Source: the human T2T-CHM13v2.0 reference genome, Homo sapiens. Taken from it: DNA of 64,000 bases. The stretch lies in NCBI RefSeq assembly GCF_009914755.1, contig NC_060932.1. One strand, given 5' to 3'. A model generated the notes under the pieces. It did no database searches. It saw only the letters and a program-made list of their open reading frames with translations, and was not told the origin of the DNA. The position numbers and the translations under genes are program-made. Of this stretch, positions 44,901-58,197 are shown in pieces; positions within the stretch are counted from its first letter, which is position 1; the number at the start of each line of letters is the position of its first letter.

Positions 44901-45420
44901 CAAATGTACTTAGGAGACAGCTGCAAGATTTTCCAGTGGCCAAAGCTGGAACTATTTGAATAACAAAATGAATAAAATAAGATTGAATTATATCTCAACG
45001 TATAAAGTAAATGTCCACTACTCCATACGATTCAAATAAGTGGACAGGATAAATAAATAAATAGGGAAAAAGAGACAATTCTTCTGTACAGAAGAATTTC
45101 AAATACTTAATGTAGGTACTTCAAGATCATAGAGTGTCTCTTTTATTCTTCTCATTTCTTAAGCTCTTCCAAAGAGCGTAGTATGAAAAAGTAATAATTT
45201 TACAATGAAGAAACATAACAAACACATCAGGTAGGTGATTATGGTCAACATCAGCAGTGATAGTTCATGTTCATAGCATGGACCCTTGATAAGATGTGAT
45301 AAAAAGGCACTTTACTTCTGTGCTCTCCCTTCCAAAATACATAACTGCAGCATATTGAATCCTGAGAAAAACACTTGGCATATCTCAATTAAGTGACATA
45401 ATAGAAGTAAAAATAGTGTG
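41930..45420 (+). mobile_element. L1MC/MD ORF2 and long 3' UTR, interrupted by MER76
   Basis: 'ttcacaaaaattaactcaaaatg', 'ggaagcaaccaagatgtccttcaa', 'ccagtggccaaagctggaac'. Confidence 0.75.
43421..43944 (-). mobile_element. MER76-like solo LTR (ERVL)
   Basis: TG...CA termini; end 'gaggccatctttggctcattta..taaca'; 5-bp TSD ctaaa/ctaag splitting the L1 sequence 'attgctaagt.aaagaagcc'. Confidence 0.75.
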
Positions 45421-45954
45421 CAAAAATGCACAAAATGAGTAACTAATAAAAATATGTACATTTCTGAGAAAATGAATTTTACACACATACTAGTTTATAA
45501 GAAAACTGACGTGATGGCCAATGGCCATTCAAAGTTGAAAATAGGTTAGTGGAGTTTGAATTTGAATCACCATTGACTTGTTTCAAAACAAAGTTACTCT
45601 AAAAATCCACTGTAAGATAATAACCACTCTACTCTAAACAATGGTTTGTTTTTTTGCAAAAAGTAACCTTTTTAGTCATGGGTCAAGACTGTTCTATTAC
45701 TTGGAGCAGGGAAAAGTCATGGCTATGTGAATGGTGCCCACTACAGATGATCGGGACAGACCTCAAACATAGGCATGAGGGGGCCCTGAGTAGAGAAAAC
45801 TGGAGCGTTGTTGAAATAATGAGTATCCTCTTCTCATTTAAACCATTTTAAAAAAGACATAAGATGATAGGTAGAGAGGGTGTGAATTGCAGGATGTATT
45901 TTAATATATTGATGTGCCAGCAGTGAGTTGGGGCGTCCCGAATAGTGGAATGTG

Positions 45955-47100
45955 GATTCTGATATACCCTCGTTGCAGTAAAATGACCATTTAACTTGTG
46001 AAAATTACAGAAAATAACTATTTAAAGTCTGGAAATTATCCTAAGGTCATACAGCAAATGAATAAACATTCATTCAAGATAAACTATTAAATATCTAAAA
46101 CAACTGTTACAGTCTGGTATTTGAACCACCCCCTCTACTTTAATCCCACCCCACAGTTTTGTTGCAGAAACTCTACTGTGGTCTCTTTACTCAGTATCTA
46201 TGGTCAAAACTTCCAGGTCTTCCTCACTTTTCAGTTCTCTGTCTAGGGCTACTCTTTCACTCCAAGATGGGGTGTTCGGGGCTGGCATTTCTCGCTCTCC
46301 TCAGCCCTGTGTTGCATCTCTATTCTGACTGGGTACAATCCAAAGGCCTGAGGTTCCATTCCCCACCCGGGACCTCCTTAGAGGATGAAAGCTCTCCCAA
46401 GGTACAGCCTACCTGAGTAAGCTCTAGCCCAGAGTTCCCAGTCTCCCAAACCCCAGCCCACCTGTAGGGTACAGATTCAATGCTGAGGAGGGCAAGCTAA
46501 GATGATTAGGAAATACCAGATACCCAGTACACAGGCACATGGCAGAGGTGTCACTCTAGGAAATTGTTGGTCAGTATTCCACCCTCTGCTGCTGCGTGGT
46601 GGTGCAGACGTTAGATCCAGATGGAGAGGTATGTCTGGAGGAAGCAGAAATCCACAGCTGCATGCAGGAACTGAAATTATATGGAAAACAGCATGGAGAA
46701 TCTTATTCCTAATGGGCAATGTACAAAACAATGGAGGTCTTAGTGGCAGCCAACTAAAAACCTACTTGAAGCTCCATGATTCTGGTAACAGCATGTGAAA
46801 TGGAAAAACAGCTGGAATTTTAACAGAGATAATCAGGGAAAGAGACAGCTAAGAAGAACCACGTTGAGATCAATGTCACCCTTGGAGATTGAGAAGGCCG
46901 TGTGTGTGTGTGTGTGTGTGTGTGTGCACGCGCGCACGCGCGTGCTAGGTTGTGTGCACTCAGCAGCAAACAGAGCAGGCTATGTGCAGGCTTGCAAGCA
47001 TTCCGCAAGCTGCACACAGATTTTTTGATGCAGAGCAAAGGCATCTTTCACACAATGGGCTTAGGTACAACTTCTAACCACACTGGCTGAACAAGCTATT
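45955..47100 (+). mobile_element. Old L1M 5' region fragments
   Basis: 'aataactatttaaagtctggaaatt..cctaagg.catacagcaaatga..aaacattcattcaaga'. Confidence 0.5.
46899..46945. repeat. Alternating purine-pyrimidine tract (TG)n-(CA/CG)n
   Basis: cg(tg)13 cacgcgcgcacgcgcgtgc: 47 bp of uninterrupted alternation. Confidence 0.9.
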
Positions 47101-47109
47101 CAGACTCAA

Positions 47110-47450
47110 CAATTTAATTTCTAGGTATGTACCAAACAGAAACGAAAACATAGGTCCTTACAATAACTGGTAAACACATATTCATAGCAGCGTGAGTCCT
47201 AATTGCCACAGAGTGGAAACAGCACAAATGTCTTTGAACTAATGAATGGATAAAAAAAATGTGGCATATCTATACAATGGAATATTATTAGGCAATAAAA
47301 ATGAATGATGTACTAATGCGTATCACTACATGGATGAACAATGAAAGCTTTATGCTAAGTGAAAGAAGCTAGTCACAAAAGAACATGTATTGTATAATTT
47401 CATTTATATAAAATGTCCAGAAAGGGTCAATCTGTAGAGGACTTTGGGAG
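47110..47450 (+). mobile_element. L1MB/ME 3' fragment
   Basis: 'tgaatggataaaaaaaatgtggcatatctatacaatggaatatta' and 'tatgctaagtgaaagaagc'. Confidence 0.8.
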
Positions 47451-47471
47451 GTAAAGTAATTAATAATTATC

Positions 47472-47771
47472 TTTTTTTTTTTTTTTTTTGAGGCAGAGTC
47501 TCTCTCTGTCACCCAGGCTGGAGTGCAGTGGCGTGATCTCAGCTCACTGCAGCCTCTGCCTCCCAGGTTCATGTGATTCCCTTGCCTCAGCCTTTTGAGT
47601 AGCTGGGACTACAGGCGTGTGCCACCACGCCCGGCTGATGTTTTGTATTTTTAGTAGAAACGGGGTTTCACCATGTTAGCCAGGATGGTCTCGATCTCCT
47701 GACCTCGTGATCCACCCACCTCGACCTCCCAAAAGTGCTGAGATTACAGACGTGAGCCACCGCGTCTGGCC
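47472..47771 (-). mobile_element. Alu (AluSc8/Y-like)
   Basis: Dimeric Alu; TSD taattatct. Confidence 0.95.
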
Positions 47772-48845
47772 TAATTGGCCTAATTATCTATTTTATAAAT
47801 ATACAAATACGACTGTATAAGAAACGGAGGCTTTATTTCTCATATTCTCATTTTCTCTTCTCTTTAGTTTCTTTTGAATGAATGAAAGCTCAAAACCAAG
47901 TTTTGTGTTTTATCTGTATAATCCCCAAGTCCCCATGCAATATCATGCTTTATCCAATGTAATGCAGACTCTTAAATAAGCTCTTCTTTCAAGGTGTTTA
48001 TTTAAATCCAGTTATGATAAACTTCCATAGATGCTCAGTTTTTTCATTCGATTAATATGGTGTTGTATTAAATATAACTAAATGGACTAAATAAGTGTCA
48101 GGACCCAGAAATCTTATTAAATAGAGATTTTCACTCTAATCTTTAAAAAAATAATATCTACTCATTCTCTAAGAGTGCTCTTAGCTTATTAAAATCCATC
48201 TCACTTCTGAGAAATCCAGACATCCAAACCCCCTAGATATGTGAATGATTCACATTCCACACAAAATTATTTTTCTCTTGCCACCCCACTCATAAATTTC
48301 CTTTTCTGAGTATACTATAGCCCAAGAAAATTTTGTCAATCACAAAAATAATAGTTTTTACTGGTTTTTAAAATTTAAAATATTATAATGTTGAATACAC
48401 TTCCTCCAAATGACAATAGTCTCTAAAAATATTACCCAATTCACCTGCCCAATAATTGCCATTGTTGAAATTTGCACATATTTACACACACACACACGTG
48501 TCTTATTTTAAACAACAATATTTTAAACCCCACTCTGGACTGTAGTGAGGTTTTCTGTTTTTTTGTTTTGTTTTGTTTTGTTATTTTTTTTTTACCTAAA
48601 TACTTTGAAAGTTAACTATAGCATTTTACTTGATTTTTTTTTACATTCCTACTCTTTGTGGATATATCACACATTACAGAACTATTTATTTATTGATAGC
48701 CATTTATATTAATTCCATTATTTTCCTATTCCAAACAATATTATAAAAATATTATTGGGGTTATATATTTTTAAATACAATCCCTGTGATTGCTTTCAGG
48801 AAAAACAAAACAACAACAAAAATGATAAAAACAAAAAACAGAATA

Positions 48846-49168
48846 GGCCAGGTAAAGTGGCTCACACCTACAATCTCAGCACTTTAGGAGGCTGAGGCAG
48901 GCAGATCTCTTGAGCCCAGGGGTTCCAGACCAGGCTGAGCAACATGGAGAAACCCTATCTCTTAAAAAAAAAATACCAAAATTAGCCAGGGCGGTGGTGG
49001 GTGCCTGTAGACCCAGCTACTCAGGAGGCGGAGGTGGGAGGATTGCCTGGACCCAAGAGGTCAAGGCTGCAGTGAGCCAAGATCAAACCACTGCACTCCA
49101 GCCTTGGTGACAGAGGAACGCCCTGTCTCAAAAACAACCATAAACAAACAAACAAACAAACAAAAACA
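48846..49168 (+). mobile_element. AluJ with an (AAAC)n tail
   Basis: 'ttgagcccagg' and 'gaggtcaaggctgcagtgagc'. Confidence 0.9.
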
Positions 49169-50036
49169 GAATTAGAAAAATGAAATACCTGGGGAAAAGT
49201 CTTTTTGAACTGGGTAAGCTCATATCTGGTGAAACAAAGACAGCCTTGCAAGTGAACCTTCCAGGGAATCACCTGATAGGTCAAGGGAGGACAGTTATCT
49301 GAGAGGGAAGCTGGAAAGATGCCCCAGCCACGACCTGCTCCTGCAGGTGACTGCTGGACTGGTGGTGCTGACTTTGACTTCAGGACTTTCGGTTTTTCAA
49401 GGCTAGAGATAGGGATTGGCCAACTCAAAAAGCCACATACCTCCCTGTTCTCACCAAGAATTAGCTGCTTTTTCTGAATAACAGTCTAGGTTTAATTTCC
49501 AGAGCCCGAAAATGTTGATGTTGCTAGTTTTTGGTGTTTTTGGTGTTGCTTTTTCTTTTGAGGAGGATAGGATTTTTCAATCCTTGCCCTGTGATTTTCT
49601 CTGACATCTGAAAACAAATTGATCTTTATATGACTCTTGTACTGTAGTCTCACTATAGTCATTGTTATCTTTCATAGACATTTTGTAGTTTTCTTACAAT
49701 TTCTACATTGATAATTCTTTCACCTACAAATAATGACACTTTAGCATTTGTTCTAAATTGTAATCCTTTATTATTCTTTTTTTGCATTGTTACACTGCCT
49801 GGGACGTCCAGAACAGTGTTGAAGGAAAGTGATAAGAGAAAATAACATTGGCTTTTCTCCAATTTCAGGAAGAAAGCGCTTTTCCTATTAAGTATGTTAC
49901 CAACTGCAAGTTTTCATCAATGCTATTCATCAGGTTGATAAAAGTTTCTTTTTATGCCCAGTGTACTGAGTTTTAATTGTATTATGAATAACCATTAAAT
50001 TTTTCCAAAACCCTTTGTTCACATTTCTTTATAACC

Positions 50037-50243
50037 GGAGTCAGCAAACTTCTTCTGTAAAGGTCCAGAAAGAAATTAATGTTTCCAGGTAATACAATCT
50101 CTGTCATGCTCTGTCATGACAACTCAACACCGATTTTGTAACACAAAAGCACCAAAGACCATAGAAAACCAATGGATGTGGCTTTGTAAACATTTATTCC
50201 ACATGTGGTAGGCTAAATATTGTCCACATTTTGGTTGGCCAGT
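50037..50243 (-). mobile_element. MER58A-like
   Basis: 'gtcagcaaacttcttctgtaaaggtccaga' and 'acaactcaac'. Confidence 0.65.
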
Positions 50244-50267
50244 CTAAGATAAAGATAATCATGTGAG

Positions 50268-50611
<344 letters not shown>

Positions 50612-51721
50612 TGTGATTTTTCTTTTTAATCTGGTCTGTTAATAGGTAAATTTCACTCAATTATTTTCAAGTGTTAAACCAGTCTTGTATTCTTAGGATA
50701 GATCCCATTTGTTCATGATAAATAATTATTATTTGATTATTATTAGATTTTACTTAACTCTATATTAAGTATTTTTTGCATCACTATGGATTTCTTGCTT
50801 TTCCACATTTGTATTTTTATCTCCTGTCTTCACAGTAACAATCTTACTCCCAAAAATATTGACGTTTTCTAGTTTTCTCAAATCTAAAATATGCAGTAAC
50901 TAGTTTAGAATTGCTCTGCCTATTCAATTACCAGAAATACACCTTCGAACTAATGATTTAAAATTACCAAATAATTTGGTATGTACCATAGATCATGCCA
51001 AATGATATAAAAATTTTTATTCCAGTCTGAAAAATAATCACCAAATTATATTTTACCTTGATAAGTGTTGAAGTGGTGACAAAAGAGCATATCCCATTTT
51101 GACACAGCTTTATATGCAATGTGTCTTTATTTCTACTGGACTACTAGAGAATAAAGCCAAAAACAGTTTAATGGGAATGATACTTTCCCATTTATACCTA
51201 TGAAAATTCATTTTGGTGCCCTTAGGAAAAAAAATGTTTCAAATGCTCTCTGAAAAGAGAAAGTACCCATATGCATTTACAAACATATGAAACAAAACAC
51301 TGAAACACTTCTATAACCTAATTTCTGATTAGTGAATATTGCCAAATTTATCTACCTCTTTGCCCTAATCAAGTTGCTATTAATATAAACTCATTTTTGA
51401 ACACATTATTAAGCCCAACTTTATTCTAATTGTTATAAATGTCTAATCTTTAAGAAATAATATATAACTACTCTCATTAGTAGTTTACATAGTTTTCTTA
51501 TAGTTGATTTATAATCTTAATAAAGTACTTTAATCTAACCACTGAGTTTATGGTCTCAAAAAATCATGTGAGCAGGTATTAGTCACAGGTCTACAGAATA
51601 ATATATATCCATCAGCTTTGCTTTAGGTGGGCAGCCAACCTTGACATTTAAACTTACTGAGAATAAAATAATGATATAGTTATGTTAACTTATTGACAAA
51701 TATCAATTGTTTTTAACTCTT

Positions 51722-52046
51722 CAAGAACAAAAAACCAAACACCGCATATTCTCACTCATAGGTGGGAACTGAACAATGAGATCACATGGACACAGGAAGG
51801 GGAATATCACACTCTGGGGACTGTGGTGGGGAGAGGGGAGGGATAGCATTGGGAGATATACCTAATGCTAGATGACGAGTTGGTGGGTGCAGCACACCGG
51901 CATGGCACATGTATACATATGTAACTAACCTGCACAATGTGCACGTGTACCCTAAAACTTAAAGTATAATTAAAAAAAAAAAAGGAATAAACAAACCTTC
52001 ACCTAAAAAAAAAAAAAGAGAGAAATACCATTCAACCCAGCAAAAA

Positions 52047-52085
<39 letters not shown>

Positions 52086-52092
52086 AAATAAA
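51722..52092 (+). mobile_element. Short young L1 (L1PA2-like) 3' end with a composite tail
   Basis: 'gagatcacatggacac', 'gctagatgacgagtt', 'gcacaatgtgcac'; three A-rich tails separated by short inserts. Confidence 0.9.
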
Positions 52093-52133
52093 TTTAAAAA
52101 GTGATTCACTATTCTTCATAAATTCTTAATGAC

Positions 52134-52509
52134 TACCATGGTCTGAGTGTGGCCTCCAAAATTAATATGTTAAAATTTAATAACCAATGTGACAGTAAGA
52201 AGAAATGAGGCATTTAGGCAGTGATTAAATCATGTGGGTGGAGTTCTTGTAGATAGTATTAGCACCTTAGAAAAGGGCTTGCAGAGGTGAATCCCTTCCT
52301 TCTGTCTCATCATCCATGTGCGGGATACAGAGGATGCAGCAACGAGGCACTATCCTGGAAGCAAAGGACAGCCCTCAACAGACAATAGACCAGCCAGCAC
52401 CTTGATTTTCAACTTCCCAGCCTCCGGATCCATGAGAAATAAATTTCTATTGTTTATAAATTACCCAGTCTCTGGTATTTTGTTACAGCAAAACAAAAGG
52501 ACTAAGACA
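52134..52509 (+). mobile_element. MaLR solo LTR (MSTC-like)
   Basis: 'aataaatttctattgtttataaattacccagtc...ggactaagaca'; 5-bp TSD atgac. Confidence 0.85.
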
Positions 52510-52779
52510 ATGACCTCTTTTTAAAAAAATCTTCTCTGTGAGTCTAATTCTCATTTTTTCTCAATGCAAAAAACAACAACACAGGATTTTCACTTTGGGT
52601 ACATAAATGTGGTAAACATGAGTTTTGTTACTTTAGTGTGTATTTTTCAGTGATAATATCCTACTTCCATAAATTTTCTAATTAATATTTTAGGTTTGGT
52701 AGAAAAAATTTGAGTCACAAATCCCTGCCCACAGTTCCAATATTATACTAGAGGTTCATAACTTTAAAATCCTAAGTTG

Positions 52780-53098
<319 letters not shown>

Positions 53099-53630
53099 TC
53101 ATCATGATTTTCTCACATATAGTCATACTACATTCACAATCTCTTTCTGAACCAGTAGTAGTAAATCACCAGCAGTGTCTTCTAACAATTAGATATAGGT
53201 AAAAGACCACTTTACACACATAACAAAAAAAGCTTATGATTTCTCTATTTTAAGAAATAAATTTTTAGATTTTAACGTCTGTGTAATTGAGTGTATCTTT
53301 CAGTGCGTAAAAAACTCAGTCAGCTAAACAGCCATCATGAAATACTGCTCAATTCATGTGCAAATTTAGAAACATATCCATATAGTCATTAATTTGGAGA
53401 TATGTGCATTATTAGTTGTACATGTGTTTGGCTTAATTGGCATTTAATGTGTTAAAATAGACTAAAATTCAACACTAAATAAAAGGAAATATGAAAATAA
53501 AGCAGAATCTAAAAACGTAAGCAATAAATTTGATGAATATTCATTATCTAGAAGAATGACCACGTTTGTATATTAACTTGTGAATAAAAAACTAAGTGCT
53601 TTAATGAACTTAAGAGGATACTTTCAGGTA

Positions 53631-53961
53631 CAATCATGTGTCACTTAATAATAAGGATGCATCTTGAACATGCATTTTTAGGCAAATTCAGCATGCAGAC
53701 ATCACAGAGTATATTCACACAAACCTAGATGGCATAGCCTGCTACACACTTAGGCTAATATGGAATAGCTTATTGCTCCTAAGATACACACTTGTACATT
53801 ATGATATTGTGTAGAATATTGCAGGCAATTGGAACACAATGGTAAGTATTTATGTATCTAAACATAGAAAACATAGTGTAAAACGTAGTATTATAATCTT
53901 ACAAAGCCAGCATTGTATATACAGCCCATCGGTAAATGAAATGTCATGTGGCACATGACTG
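53631..53961 (-). mobile_element. Tigger3a (MER7A-like) nested in the Kanga element
   Basis: TIRs caatcatgtg / cacatgactg with TA/CA flanks; 'acacaaacctagatggcatagcct'. Confidence 0.85.
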
Positions 53962-54741
53962 CAACTTTGTTGCGTTCTAAAAGATTGCCCATGATAAGTA
54001 TCTGATATGAACATGAGAAAAAATTGCCAAATTCTTCATAATAGATACCAGAAATTCATAACAAAGAAAGCCTGGTGTGACAGACTCATGCATAATCTAG
54101 AACTATTTTCAAACATTCATGTGTTAGAAATCTCCTGTCTACTTTGACCGAAAGCTCCTTAATTTCTAATGGGATATAAATCTTGAAAAAAATAAAACTG
54201 TATAGAAAATACTGATTTATTCACAGTTTTTGACTTGCTTTAAAACTATAATTCAGTGCTACAAAGAACAAGGTCATGAATGCCAATTATGAAAAGCAGC
54301 ATATCACTGTGAAACTAAAAATAACTGCTGGTCACAAAACGTTGCTTGCATATTTAAGTTTACCCTGTACAACAGTCTCAAAGAATGAAATCTTCGCTAA
54401 TAATTTTGCTGTGCTTTCTGAAAAACTGGATAGGTGTCAGGTGACCTGACAGAGTAAACGTTTTATGGAATTGAGATCCTCCAGCCTTTTATTCTAAGTT
54501 GCCAAGTATCTTGATTCTTAATGCAGTTCATGGCACATACCAGAAAAGGTAAAAATGATCATGGTGAAAAATATGGCTAATTGATTCTGCCGCTGGTGGA
54601 CTTTATGGTTATCTACAGTCTCTCAACATGCCAGTCAACAGGCCTCTTAAAAAATCATTTGAAGAAAGAATATAATTTCAAGATTTTTTCTAAAAACATT
54701 CCAGTAATACCTGCTGGTATAATCAAGAAAGCACCAGCACT

Positions 54742-55050
54742 GACCAGGCACGGTGGCTCACGCCTGTAATCCCAGCACTTTGAGAGGCCGAGGCGGGCGG
54801 ATCATCTAAGGTCGGGAGTTCGAGACTAGCCTGACAAACATGGAGAAACCCCGTCTCTACTAAAAATACAAAATTAGCCTGGTATGGTAGTGCATGCCTG
54901 TAATCCCAGTTACTCAGGAAGGCTGAGGCAGGAGAATCACCTGAATCCAGGCGGAGGTTGCAGTGAGCTGAGATCTCGCCATTGCACTCCAGCCTGGGCA
55001 ACAGGAGTGAAACTCCGTCTCAAAAAAAAAAAAAAAAGTAAAAAAAAAGA
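54742..55050 (+). mobile_element. AluSp nested in the Kanga element
   Basis: 'ggtcgggagttcgag..catggagaaacccc'; TSD aagaaagcaccag(c/t)a. Confidence 0.95.
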
Positions 55051-55554
55051 AAGCACCAGTATCAAAATCTCCTTAATGAATATCGGCAACATGGCAGACA
55101 ATACCAGAGCAGGGCACTCTGTTAAGAAAGGCTCTATCATCTCAGCTCCTTATAACATATAAGTGAATCATTTTTTGAAAATCATAGACATCAATGACTG
55201 TGCAATTAAAAAGCTGTAGAAATACCGAGTTGGACTCCAAACATGAAGCTTTTAAGAAATATCTTGATTGATATATTTATCTTATATTTTTCTTTCTTTA
55301 TGCAAACAAGTGACATGAAACAATAATCTGTGTTTAAATAGGAATTAATTTAAAAGTTCATGAGGATAAAATGCACAAATTTTAAAAATTATAATGTAAT
55401 TCACTCTGCGGTGTTTTTATTTAGTAGTACCTTATATAATGGTCAATCCTACAATCTGTGGTATCTTATACTAAATGATATGGTGCCAATATTTTATCAT
55501 TTAATCATCAGCAATTTTTAAAAGTCAGATATTTAAAGAAAATGTTGTGTCTTA

Positions 55555-56841
55555 TTAGGCTGGTGCAAAAGTAATTGTGGTTTCAGATAGTGAATTTTAA
55601 ATCATTGTAACTAGGCTCAAACACATCTTTATTGATCGAAGTAGGAGCCATTACAATCAACACATTTTTGTCAAGGAGAAATGTTTGTTTATTCCTGTAG
55701 TGTAAAAATCCATGCTTCGGGATTCGACAAACTCTTGGAAAGCATTTTCTGCATCCTGCTGGTTGTGGAAGCATTTTCCCTGCAAAAAATTGTCAAGATG
55801 CTAGAAAAAGTGGTAGTCGGCTGGCAAGAGGTCAGGTAAATACGGCAGATGAGGCAAACCTTCCAACCCAATTCGTTCAATTTTTGACGCATTGGTTGTG
55901 TCATGTGCGGTCCTGCGTTGCTGTGGAGAAGAATTGAGCCCTTTCTGTTGACCAATGTTGGAGGCAGGCATTGAAGTTTTCAGTGCATCTCATCCATTTG
56001 CTGAGCATAATTATCTGAGATCACGGTTTTACCAGGGTTCAGAAAACTGTAGTGGATCAGACTGGCAGCAGACCACCAAACAGTGACCACGACCTGTTTT
56101 TGGTGCAAGTTTGGCTTTGGGAAGTGCTTTGGAGCTTCTTCTCAGTCCAACCACTGAGCTGGTCATTACTGGTTGTCTTATAAAATCCACTTTTCATCCC
56201 ACATCACAATCTGATGAGAAATGGTTCGTTGTTGTTGCATACAATAAGAGAAGGCGAAACTTCAAAACAACGATTTTTTTTTCTTTTTTTTTTTTTTTTT
56301 TGGTCAGCTCATGAGGCACCCACTTACTGAGATTTGTCACCTTTCCAGTTTTCTTCAAATGTCAAACAACAGTAAAATGGTCGACATTGAATTATTTGGC
56401 AACTTCTTGTGTAGTTTTAAGAAGATCAGTTTCGATGATTGCTCTTAATTGGTCGTTGTCAACTTGCAATAGCCAGCCACTAAGCTCCTCATCTTCAAGG
56501 CTCTCATCTCCTTTGGAAAAGTTCTTGAACCACCACTGCACTGGACATTTGTTAACAGTTCCTGGACCAAATGTGTTATTAATGTTATAAGTTGTCTTCA
56601 TTGCTTTACAACCCATTTTGAACTCAAATAAGAAAATAGCTCGAATTTGGCTTTGTCTAACATCATTTCTATAGTCTAAAATAAACATGAAATAAACAAG
56701 TGGTAAGTTATTAGCAAAAAAAAGTGAAAATTGCCCATTAAAATGATGTATAACATGACCAGATTTACTTAAGAACGTATTCCAAAATCAAATGGCCAAT
56801 TCCAACAATGCAAAAACTGTGTTACCTTTGCTCCAACCTAG
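55555..56841 (-). mobile_element. Full-length Hsmar1 mariner transposon (1287 bp)
   Basis: TIRs ttaggctggtgcaaaagtaattgtgg / ...ttacctttgctccaacctag; TA on both flanks (55553-54 and 56842-43); transposase peptides. Confidence 0.95.
55629..56672 (-). pseudogene. Disabled Hsmar1 transposase
   Basis: QIRAIFLFEFKMG...FGPGT..VQWWFKNFSKGDESLEDEE..DNDQLRAIIE (ORF 56392-56688) and ILLHSNAGPH (catalytic-motif HDNA decayed); start ATG>ATA, frameshifts and an expanded poly-T. Confidence 0.92.
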
Positions 56842-57037
56842 TATCTTGAGGATCAAGGAAATGGCACTAAATATTTTTTCATTGTGTTCATGAAAATAAT
56901 TCCTTAGCAATAGCAGTAGCACTCAACAGGAAAGAAGATAAAAACATAGAAATGAGATATTAAATATAAGCATATATATACATATACCTATAAGCATATA
57001 TGGCAATATAAATCTGTGTCTCTGTGCGTATATACAT

Positions 57038-57430
57038 TGAGTTAAAATAAATTTGACCAGAGACTGTCTCTTTTTCTTGAGTTTTTACATAACAAACTGC
57101 AATCTGACTTAGTAGGTAACCCAACTGAAGGCCTAACTTAGCATATTTTTTGTAACAACTAACTGAGTCTCTGCCAATCACAGTAGTTGAACTTCAGTCA
57201 GTCAGAGGCCGCCAACTGGTGACCATGCCCAAATAAGGCCAAAGCTGTAACCATTTTTGCTGCTCCTGTACCTCACTTCCATTTTCTGCCTAGAAAAGCT
57301 GTCGACTCAAGTTGCAGAACTTGAGAAATGCTGTGAACAACTTTTGATTCTGAAAACTGCCCAATTTACATCACAAATGTTCTTTGCTCAATTACACTTT
57401 GTTTAATTTGTCTAAAGTTTTTCTTTTAAT
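57038..57430 (+). mobile_element. MER57-like ERV1 solo LTR
   Basis: 'taacaaactgcaa', 'gccaatcacag', 'caaataaggc', 'ttctttgctcaa..ttaatttgtctaaagttttctttaa'. Confidence 0.7.
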
Positions 57431-58197
57431 TATGTGTGTGTGTGCATGTGCACATCCACGTGCAGGCATGTACGTATACTTTTAGGATGCCATCAGGCTG
57501 CCCACAGGTATGATATTAACTCTTTCATTAATTGTCTTTTATTGTCACTGTTTGTGTAACAAAACACAGGGAAAGGATCCCTATCATCAAGTGGTTTGCA
57601 CGTCCATGGCATAGCATTGTAAGATTTTATTTTCCCATTTATGGCAAGAGTTAAAATGAGTTATATGACATTTTTTCACACTCTTCTATAAAATAGATAT
57701 TCCCATTGCATGTTTAATTATTGAATTCCATTTTTATGATTGCTTGTATCAATTGTTATTGCTGAATTCAGAAGAGTTAAGAGAGAAAGTGTTTCTCCCA
57801 ACTTATAAAGTATCAGTGAAGGTTAAATTAAACATAAGTTTCAACCACTAACTAGGTGCCATTTTGCCAGATGCAATGAATAAAATGTGAATCAAACTCA
57901 GTTCCTTCCCTGAGGATGTTTATGTTCTAGGGCTGTTACCTTTGACTAGAATTCAATGTTGTAGTGAGAAACAAATCTGTTAAATTAAATGTTATCAGCT
58001 TTTGGGAAACTACTTCCTATTTGTGAATTCACTGGACATTTACAAAAGCCTACAATGTATCAGATGCATTATTAGGTACAGGAGACTCAAAGATAAATAA
58101 AACGTAGTTGCTGTACCCAAGGAGACTATAAATTTGTTCACAATATAAACACTATTAATATATAATTATACTGCATTATATTTTAAGATACAATTAA

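Larger units (their letters stand above)
53237..55483 (+). mobile_element. Kanga-like (TcMar-Tc2) DNA transposon with a decayed pogo-type transposase
   Basis: Termini resemble Kanga/MER104 ('ttttaacgtct.tgtaatt' at the start, 'tacaatctgtggtatcttatactaaatgatatgg' at the end); decayed DDE-region peptide ...NHLKKEY in ORF 54581-54769. Confidence 0.6.

Noticed and set aside
55629-56672. SETMAR gene or an active mariner transposase
   Set aside because: No SET-domain exons; both TIRs and TA flanks show a free transposon copy; start codon lost, frameshifted, catalytic motif decayed.
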